From assembly GCA_002746305.1 (NCBI GenBank), contig NVWV01000005.1, positions 205,126-269,125 on the forward strand: a stretch of 64,000 nucleotides of DNA, given 5' to 3'. Each line of letters starts with the position of its first letter. The stretch's first letter is position 1. A model generated the notes under the pieces. That model searched no databases, was not told the origin of the DNA, and worked only from the letters and a program-made list of their open reading frames with translations. This document shows positions 57,145 to 64,000 of this stretch, in pieces. This DNA is from Bacteroidota bacterium. GTDB taxonomy: Bacteria > Bacteroidota > Bacteroidia > NS11-12g > UBA9320. The translations under genes and the position numbers were made by a program.

Positions 57145-57382
57145 ATCTCTGTTTATTAATGTTTATTCCTATGCGAATCTAAGTTTTGTAATGATAAAAG
57201 GTGAGTTCAGCTTCAAATAACTTGCATGAAACAATTTGTGTAAATAACAGTTATTGTGCATTTAAAGAAACAGAGACGCGTAAGCGCTTGAAAATGTGGC
57301 ATGTACGTTATTAATAATTTTAGCTGACCAATTTTTGCCCCCTCATACTATCTGGAGTTCAACGGATGATACTTAAAGTCAT

Positions 57383-59536
57383 TTATCTAAGCACTTCTAT
57401 TTTTTGACTTCCTGTATTCCCATCTTCATCTGTGAGACTAAGAATGTAATTTCCTGCTGTCAGTGTGGTGTGAATTGTAATAAGTGAAGAGTTCTTGGAT
57501 TTCTGAGTATATGCTAGCTTACCATTCATGTCAAGTATCTTAATGTTTACATTCAGTTGTTCATTGCCCAGTTCAATAGAGATGTTCCCATCACTTGGAT
57601 TTGGATAGATTTTGAATGGTAGACTATTGATTTTAGGAATTGAAGCAAAATCTACCAATAGACTATCGCTCAATTCACTTTCACAACCATACTCGCTCAC
57701 CAGTTGAACTTGCCAGTAACCATTGCTATCTGGGTCTAATCTTCTTTCTGTTGTTTCAAACTTAGCTACACCATCTCTGTACCATCTGTAGGTATGGGCC
57801 AGAGTGTTACTCACTACACTGTCTTTAAAGCGACTTATAAGGGACTTATTGGGATTTGGATATTCTGCAATGGTAAGTGTATCCCATGCTTGGCAAAAGG
57901 TCTTATTGGTAACCTTAATCCTATATACTCCTGCTGTATCTGCAATTAGAGTATCTGCATTAACCCCCTGAAAATGGTCGTAGTCTATTATAGGTCCGAG
58001 GGCATTATCTAGGTTAGGCTCTTCTATAGGTCCTTTGTCACCCCAATGCACACAATGCATATTGGCAGGAGCTTGGAGAACGAGATTGATAGAATCACCA
58101 GTACAGTAAAAAGTATCAGTACCGAGCATATTCAAATCCCACTTGGGATGAATGGTTAAAGTTTTAGTTACGGTATCTGTTCTGCTTCCAATAGTAGCAA
58201 AATGGCTCACTTGCCACTTTCCCGTGTCGGGGAAGGAGTAATTACAATGCTTAGTTAAACTACTGTCTTTGAAGTTACTAACCCCCACTTTTTGAAAACA
58301 CCATTTCCATGAAGTGGCTTGTAATGTATCTCTTCCTTCAAAACTGTAAGAATGACCCCAACAATCTTCGGTGTATGCAAAGTCTATGCTGGGTGTATAG
58401 AAGTAAGAAGCATTGAAGTTAGGAAGGCCGTAAGAAACTATTCTGTTGGGTATTTTATAATGTCTTAAATCTAGACCTGAATTGTTTCCTTGTAAGTTTG
58501 GATATTTAATAACCGATAAATATGAAGAATCTGGGATTGCACCATATATAAAACCATTACTGTAATTCTGAAGTGCCATGTTGGAAAAGGTGTTTTGAGC
58601 GGTCCACAAGATTGTTTTAGAATTATGAACGGAATCAATATTCAAGTTGGATAAGTCGTATTGAATTAGATGTCGACCTCTTTCAGAAGAATAAAGTTTT
58701 GTTTCATCAGGTGAAAAAACACTGTGTATCGGCAACCATAATTTTTGGGAACTCAGTATATAATCAATTTCACCAGTAGAATTATTAAACTTATATAACT
58801 CCACTATTCCATCAGCATTAAACTCATTGAGAGAATATATGGTCAATGCAAGCATTTTGCTTGACGCAGAAAAGGTTAGACTTCCTGCAGCATTTGAGCC
58901 TTTATTTCCAATGTAGTTTTGCGATTCGAAATTTTTTGGACAAATAGGGTCTTGATTGTCACGAATAAGAAAAATATAGCCCTTCTCAGACTTAAACTTA
59001 TGTAAGACTAACCAATTATCTTTTTGATTAGCATGTTTAACTATGCTTTGCATTTCGCAAACTGGGCTCAATATTTTTTTATCTCCTATTTTTACTCCAT
59101 CCTTAAAAGTATAAACATTTGCACCATTTGTTCCTCCAATATCGGTTGTAGTAATTACATTAATAATAGAGTCATTTCCTGAAATTAATACCCCTTGCAC
59201 AGAAGATTTATCTCCCTTGAGTGTTGAAATAATATTGAAATTACTATCATATAAGTTTGCTGCATCAGAGTAGTAAAGCAATTTTCCAGTTTTACTTGAA
59301 AAGGAGGAATATGCTTCAGACGTGTGTACATTCGAGGTGCTGACTATTATCGAATCATCAAAATTTAATAGAATGCTGTCGCCAAAAGTCCAATGCTTGG
59401 TTCTCAAAAAATCGGGATTAGTTTCAGGAATTTGGGCAAATGAGCTTATGTTCAATAGTAAAATTAAACTGAGCAATGTGGATTTCATCAACTGAGGCAT
59501 GTTATAAAGATATGTAACCTGAATCTTATGTTGCAT
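57383..59536 (-). CDS. T9SS cargo protein: beta-propeller + PKD/Ig-like domains + type A CTD (start probably ATG 59488)
   Basis: Signal MKSTLLSLILLLNISSFAQ; HWTFGD...GKLLYYSD...FSPD..KLY...GLPNF; IYPNPS...LTAGNY CTD. Confidence 0.8.
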   Translation of the reverse strand: MQHKIQVTYLYNMPQLMKSTLLSLILLLNISSFAQIPETNPDFLRTKHWTFGDSILLNFDDSIIVSTSNVHTSEAYSSFSSKTGKLLYYSDAANLYDSNFNIISTLKGDKSSVQGVLISGNDSIINVITTTDIGGTNGANVYTFKDGVKIGDKKILSPVCEMQSIVKHANQKDNWLVLHKFKSEKGYIFLIRDNQDPICPKNFESQNYIGNKGSNAAGSLTFSASSKMLALTIYSLNEFNADGIVELYKFNNSTGEIDYILSSQKLWLPIHSVFSPDETKLYSSERGRHLIQYDLSNLNIDSVHNSKTILWTAQNTFSNMALQNYSNGFIYGAIPDSSYLSVIKYPNLQGNNSGLDLRHYKIPNRIVSYGLPNFNASYFYTPSIDFAYTEDCWGHSYSFEGRDTLQATSWKWCFQKVGVSNFKDSSLTKHCNYSFPDTGKWQVSHFATIGSRTDTVTKTLTIHPKWDLNMLGTDTFYCTGDSINLVLQAPANMHCVHWGDKGPIEEPNLDNALGPIIDYDHFQGVNADTLIADTAGVYRIKVTNKTFCQAWDTLTIAEYPNPNKSLISRFKDSVVSNTLAHTYRWYRDGVAKFETTERRLDPDSNGYWQVQLVSEYGCESELSDSLLVDFASIPKINSLPFKIYPNPSDGNISIELGNEQLNVNIKILDMNGKLAYTQKSKNSSLITIHTTLTAGNYILSLTDEDGNTGSQKIEVLR

Positions 59537-59759
59537 TCAGTTGATTAAAAAAAACATCAATCTGACATTTATGTATGTTTAAAATTTTCATTAAATACAT
59601 CAAACTTATTTGCTTACCTGCTTCGGCAGCCCAGTAATGCCTTCTGCTTAGGTCATGGTCCACAGCAAATGTTTCATAGCTTGTATACCCTGATTCCAAC
59701 CTCATTTGTTTCAACTTCTTTCCAATTATACCGAATACTATTTCAGGGTTATTTACCAC
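59526..59759 (-). CDS. XRE-family helix-turn-helix regulator
   Basis: IGKKLKQMRLESGYTSYETFA....LSR..Y...EAG. Confidence 0.8.
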   Translation of the reverse strand: MVNNPEIVFGIIGKKLKQMRLESGYTSYETFAVDHDLSRRHYWAAEAGKQISLMYLMKILNIHKCQIDVFFNQLNAT

Positions 59760-59793
59760 GCCCGAAATGACATATCAAAAGTACAATTAATTT

Positions 59794-59809
59794 ACGCAAT
59801 TATTTGCGT
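59794..59809. promoter_or_regulatory. Palindromic operator in the divergent XRE / protease intergenic region
   Basis: ACGCAA-TTAT-TTGCGT, overlapping a TTTG element upstream of TATATTCG (59824-59831). Confidence 0.55.
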
Positions 59810-59892
59810 GTTGTATTTTTTCATATATTCGCTGCAACAAAATACCCCCTCAATTAATCTATATAGATAGAATACAACCTTTATTAAAACTT

Positions 59893-62800
59893 ATGATGAA
59901 AAAATTATCTTATTTTTCGATTGTACTATTTCTTTTTCTAAGTAGTCTTTCCCATGCACAAAACACGTCTTGTTCCTTTGATGAACAACTCGCTCGGTAT
60001 CAACAAGCAGACCCAATCGGCTATACAATGAGCAGAGCTGCTCATGTAGCTGCGGTAAAACAGTACCGAGCTAGCCACCCAAACACTAACCATCTTCTCA
60101 ACTCGAACCAAACGGGCAATAGCAATGCACTATTGGGCGGTTCGTGTGACAGTGCCAAATATATTCTCCCTGTAGTGATTCATGTCATTCACGATCCATT
60201 GGATACATTGGGAAGCGGGAGTAACATCAGTCACGCACAAATACAAAATCAGTTGGAAGAATTGAATCACGCCTTTGGCAACTACTATATGCCGCATGGT
60301 CCTAGTTCTGTAAACACTGGAATCAAATTTTGTTTGGCACAAACTCGACCTGATGGTTCTAGTTTCAACGGCGTGAACCGTATCGCTAGTAGCCGCAGTA
60401 CACATCCCCGTTGGGAAGAAGATAGCTTACTAGCATTAATACACTATCCAACGGATAAGTACATCAACATCTTTGTGGTAGATAAAATAATAGATAGCAC
60501 AGGAAACAATGGAGGGGTGCTAGCTTATGGTAGCTACCCGTATTGGGGCAGTAGAGCAAGTGACCTCATTGTCATCCGTCATGATTGGTTTGGAAAATAT
60601 ACCTCCTCACTACCTGCATTGGATGGTTTAGCAGAAGGCAAAGTATTGGCCCATGAAATGGGACATTATTTGGGTTTGTTTCATCCCTTTGAGGGTGGTT
60701 GTACTGGTACAAATGCTAACGATTGTATGAGTAAGGGAGATATGTGTTGTGATGTGCCTGCCGTTGCTGCTGATGTAAATGGAGGGTGTAACAGTGTAAA
60801 CACCTGTTTTGAGAGCTATAGCAGTAATCCACCCGACCAAAAAGAAAACTACATGGACTATAGCTACCCCAGTTGTAAAAACACCTTCACCGCCGACCAA
60901 GCAGATGTAATGTACACCACATTGGAAGGTATACGAAGTAGTTTGTGGAATCCGACCAGTATCAATTCGCTCAATCTGTCGTGCTGCATTAACTCAGCCC
61001 AGTTTATAGGGCATACCGATGGGTGTAACATAGATAGTTTGAACTTACAGGCTTATGCCTATTCGGGTGGAGCTTCATACACATGGAATTTTTATAAAAA
61101 CGGAAGTTTATTTAAAACAGAAACCGTCACTACATCTGTCTATCAAGTGTTACTGGACTCAGGCAACTACGATGTACAACTGACCATTACCACAGGAAGT
61201 CAAAGTTTTAGTAAACTGGTAGAGAATGCAATGACTATTTACAAATGCGATAGCTTATTACCCAGTACACAAGGTTCATGGTATTTCGGGCATAATGCAG
61301 GAATGCGGTTTTATGATAATGGCTTGGTATTAAAGGATATTGAACCTTGGAAAAATCAAGTCCCTACTCAAATCAATTCAGGAGGTGCAACCCTGAGTAT
61401 GAGTGATAGTATGGGTGATTTATTGTTTTATGGTGGAGCAGAGTATATCAATAGTAACCTAAGAATCTTTGATTCAGACTATAAACAAATGAAGGGTAGC
61501 CCGATACTGGGAGACTTTAATGCAACCCAAGGAGCAGTTACCATTCCAGTACCCACTAGTGATAGTTTATACTACATCATTCATACGGACAAAGCGGGTA
61601 GAAGTCCGTTTTATTCGATTATTGATATATCCATAGGTATAGATAGTATTATCTCAAAGAATGTATCCATAACAGGACCTGTAGGTGCAGGGGGCTCTAC
61701 AACTATTGGGCAACTAAAAGAAGGTCTTACCTGTATCCCAAAATGCGGGAATGAAGACTACTGGGTCTTGTTGAGTAGGTACGATACCAGTACAGGTAAT
61801 TCATCCATTGTGAAACTCATTGCTGCAAGTGATACGATTACCTATCATTCGGCACAGAACGTTCCTAACATGGAAGTAAGTGCTAGTATGGTAGTTTCTC
61901 CAGACGGTAAGCTAGTGACTATCGGTAATCATTTGTATTCTTTTTGTAACTCTGATGGTAATCTTACGCTCATAGAAACAGATAGTAGTGATTTTTTAAT
62001 ATACTCGTTAGCTGCATCCTTTTCTCCCAATAGCAAACTTCTTTATCGTCTAGAGTACTATTTTGATCCAGGCTTTGCGTTCTATCCCAAAGAACATAAT
62101 TATCTACTCCATCAAATAGATCCTTATGCGGTATCTCCTGTTAACACTAAAATACTTATTAAAGAAACAGAATACCACCGCTATATGCAGTTAGCTCCCA
62201 ACAACAAGATTTATATGTCCGTTCTAAACGGAGCTTTACCCTATGTTTCATCCATTAATGATCCCAATGCTCGAATTCAGGATAGTTCGCAGTTTGATTA
62301 TACCGAAGAATCCGTATTTACTATAAAGAATGGTATTGGAGGGATGTCACAAGGAATAACCAATCATATCAATGCCAAAGCCTTGGTAGACTTAGATACC
62401 AATTTTGTGATTCGAGAAATGAGTTGCTTTACCAAACGATTTTTACCAAGCACCTGTTGTGCATCTAGTTATTACTGGAATTTCGGAGATGGGACTACCA
62501 GTACCAGTATGGAAATAGAACATACATATGCCGACACGGGTTGGTATGATGTAAGTCTAGTAATGAATGGTTCAGATACAATCACCAAAAGAATCCGAGT
62601 GGGTATTTCACCTGAGAGTTTAGAAATACAAGGAACAGATGTATTCTGTACTTCTAACTCCCCCATCTTGTATTCTGTCCTCTTTGATGCAGATTACAGC
62701 TATTCTTGGACCGCTACAGGTGCTTTAGGTCAAAGCAGTACCGATGAGCGACAAACTGAGGTTACATGGCAAGATTCGGGAATACTCAAAGTAGTAGTCA

Positions 62801-64000
62801 CCGATAAAATTACCGAGTGTACGGATTCCAATGAAATAAAAGTGTACCGACAGGATTTTGTACCTGTAGACTTTGAATACAGTTCTGAGAACTGTGCAAC
62901 ATTTGTCTTTGAAACCTCACATCATTGCGATAGTTCCTATTACTGGAATTTTGGAGATGGAACGCTAGACTCTACCCAAAACACACTGCACACCTATTCA
63001 GATACAGGGTACTACCAAGTACAATTAATCTCAGGTGGAGATACGGTTAATAAATCCATCTATGTAGGTATGCTTGCAAGTGATTTGGTACTGACTGGTG
63101 CAGCTACCAATTGCGACGATACAGCATTCTATAATTATGCTGTTCCTTTTAATCCTAACCATACCTATACGTGGAGTAGTACAGGAACAGATTTGTTCTC
63201 ATCTACGGATAATAGTGCTGTTACCAAGTGGCTCAGTACTGGAACAATTGAAGTCATTATTTATAACACTATCAATTCTTGTACGGATACTATAGGAATG
63301 GATGTTACTAAAAACTTACCTGAATTAGATTTTGCGTTTAGCTCTTCCAATTGCAAGGATGTTCAGTTTACAACCGATTACTATTGCGGACTACCCATAA
63401 AATGGATTTTTGGTGATAGTACTATTTGGGATATTCCTAAAACAAGCTCCATTCAAAACCCTATCAACACATACGCAACTGGGAGAACATACTATGCCAG
63501 TTTAGTGGTAAATGGAGATACGATAACTAAGAAAATAGTAGTAGGATCAGAGTCCATTAGCGTATCAGGATTGCCCAATCCAATCTGTGATACCAGTCAA
63601 TTTTATGAAATGACAATAGATAATTACAACCCTGCGACGACCTATACATGGGGCTCTTTTGGAGATTCCGTTTCAGTAGTTAATGATTCCACCTATTCCA
63701 TAAAGGTGTCGGGGAACTTTACCAGTAAAGGCTTTTTTGCACAAAGCGTAAATTCATGTGTTAGTAGCTATGATTTGACCTACACGGTATATACAGGCTT
63801 GCCTTTTATGAATCCTCAAATAACGGGGACAACTATCTTTTGTGACACATCGAAGGTTAATCCATATAGTGTTCCTAACGATCCCTATCAATATGCATGG
63901 TCGGTAAACAACAACAGTATACTAATTGCTGGAGCATCGGATAATGAGGTTTCGGTAAAATGGAGAGCAAATGGACAACTTAAAGTGGTTATTTCAGATC
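59893..64000 (+). CDS. Large secreted M43 (pappalysin/ulilysin-type) zinc metalloprotease with beta-propeller and repeated PKD/Ig domains; runs off window end
   Basis: Manual translation from ATG 59893: signal peptide MMKKLSYF..SHAQ, LPVVIHVIH, HEMGHYLGLFH (60652-60684), ENYMDY Met-turn, WYFGHNAG, several W(N/I)FGD PKD motifs. Absent from the ORF track, consistent with no stop before 64000. Confidence 0.9.
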   Translation, partial: MMKKLSYFSIVLFLFLSSLSHAQNTSCSFDEQLARYQQADPIGYTMSRAAHVAAVKQYRASHPNTNHLLNSNQTGNSNALLGGSCDSAKYILPVVIHVIHDPLDTLGSGSNISHAQIQNQLEELNHAFGNYYMPHGPSSVNTGIKFCLAQTRPDGSSFNGVNRIASSRSTHPRWEEDSLLALIHYPTDKYINIFVVDKIIDSTGNNGGVLAYGSYPYWGSRASDLIVIRHDWFGKYTSSLPALDGLAEGKVLAHEMGHYLGLFHPFEGGCTGTNANDCMSKGDMCCDVPAVAADVNGGCNSVNTCFESYSSNPPDQKENYMDYSYPSCKNTFTADQADVMYTTLEGIRSSLWNPTSINSLNLSCCINSAQFIGHTDGCNIDSLNLQAYAYSGGASYTWNFYKNGSLFKTETVTTSVYQVLLDSGNYDVQLTITTGSQSFSKLVENAMTIYKCDSLLPSTQGSWYFGHNAGMRFYDNGLVLKDIEPWKNQVPTQINSGGATLSMSDSMGDLLFYGGAEYINSNLRIFDSDYKQMKGSPILGDFNATQGAVTIPVPTSDSLYYIIHTDKAGRSPFYSIIDISIGIDSIISKNVSITGPVGAGGSTTIGQLKEGLTCIPKCGNEDYWVLLSRYDTSTGNSSIVKLIAASDTITYHSAQNVPNMEVSASMVVSPDGKLVTIGNHLYSFCNSDGNLTLIETDSSDFLIYSLAASFSPNSKLLYRLEYYFDPGFAFYPKEHNYLLHQIDPYAVSPVNTKILIKETEYHRYMQLAPNNKIYMSVLNGALPYVSSINDPNARIQDSSQFDYTEESVFTIKNGIGGMSQGITNHINAKALVDLDTNFVIREMSCFTKRFLPSTCCASSYYWNFGDGTTSTSMEIEHTYADTGWYDVSLVMNGSDTITKRIRVGISPESLEIQGTDVFCTSNSPILYSVLFDADYSYSWTATGALGQSSTDERQTEVTWQDSGILKVVVTDKITECTDSNEIKVYRQDFVPVDFEYSSENCATFVFETSHHCDSSYYWNFGDGTLDSTQNTLHTYSDTGYYQVQLISGGDTVNKSIYVGMLASDLVLTGAATNCDDTAFYNYAVPFNPNHTYTWSSTGTDLFSSTDNSAVTKWLSTGTIEVIIYNTINSCTDTIGMDVTKNLPELDFAFSSSNCKDVQFTTDYYCGLPIKWIFGDSTIWDIPKTSSIQNPINTYATGRTYYASLVVNGDTITKKIVVGSESISVSGLPNPICDTSQFYEMTIDNYNPATTYTWGSFGDSVSVVNDSTYSIKVSGNFTSKGFFAQSVNSCVSSYDLTYTVYTGLPFMNPQITGTTIFCDTSKVNPYSVPNDPYQYAWSVNNNSILIAGASDNEVSVKWRANGQLKVVISD

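Larger units (their letters stand above)
53595..64000. mobile_element. Probable tRNA-Val-anchored genomic island (right end and integrase not in window)
   Basis: Abrupt switch from core genes to nucleotide-modification, TA-like, XRE and large surface-protein genes immediately 3' of a tRNA. No integrase or att duplication seen in the window. Confidence 0.5.

Noticed and set aside
56855-57220. 121-aa + strand ORF
   Set aside because: Antisense to the HigB-like gene, which has the better family pattern and operon coupling.
60130-63295. Short ORFs listed in the track over the last 4 kb
   Set aside because: All lie antisense or out of frame within the long M43 protease frame starting at 59893.
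53595-64000. Prophage
   Set aside because: No structural, terminase, replication or integrase genes seen, despite the phage-like TS homolog.

Overview
AT-rich Bacteroidota chromosome segment, identified by TAnnTTTG -7 promoters, gldA/F/G gliding genes and several type IX secretion (T9SS) cargo proteins. Positions 1-53.5 kb are mostly core genes: rimP (partial), DUF2723 GT-C protein, rlmB, hscA, a two-kinase/LytTR signalling locus, rlmN, purM, a PorE-like OmpA lipoprotein, GSIII, prfA, lpxH, polA, tyrS, gldAFG, hsp20, hemD, hemW and an AsmA-family gene. A probable island starts right after tRNA-Val(TAC) at 53520-53594. Its first module is the best candidate for an undescribed system. It pairs a thymidylate-synthase-fold enzyme carrying the cytosine-specific Asp (dCMP hydroxymethylase type) with an aGPT-Pplase clade 3-like (glycosylase-fold) protein. 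Tandem palindromic operators lie upstream, and a convergent HigB-like / HTH-ImmA(IrrE) pair lies downstream. Further on are a T9SS beta-propeller protein, an XRE regulator and a >1360-aa M43 metalloprotease-PKD protein that runs off the window and is missing from the ORF track. Core-region oddities include an ATP-site-dead histidine kinase paired with an intact one, and a catalytically dead retropepsin-like domain fused to the PorE-like protein. All family calls come from motif recognition by eye; no database searches were run.
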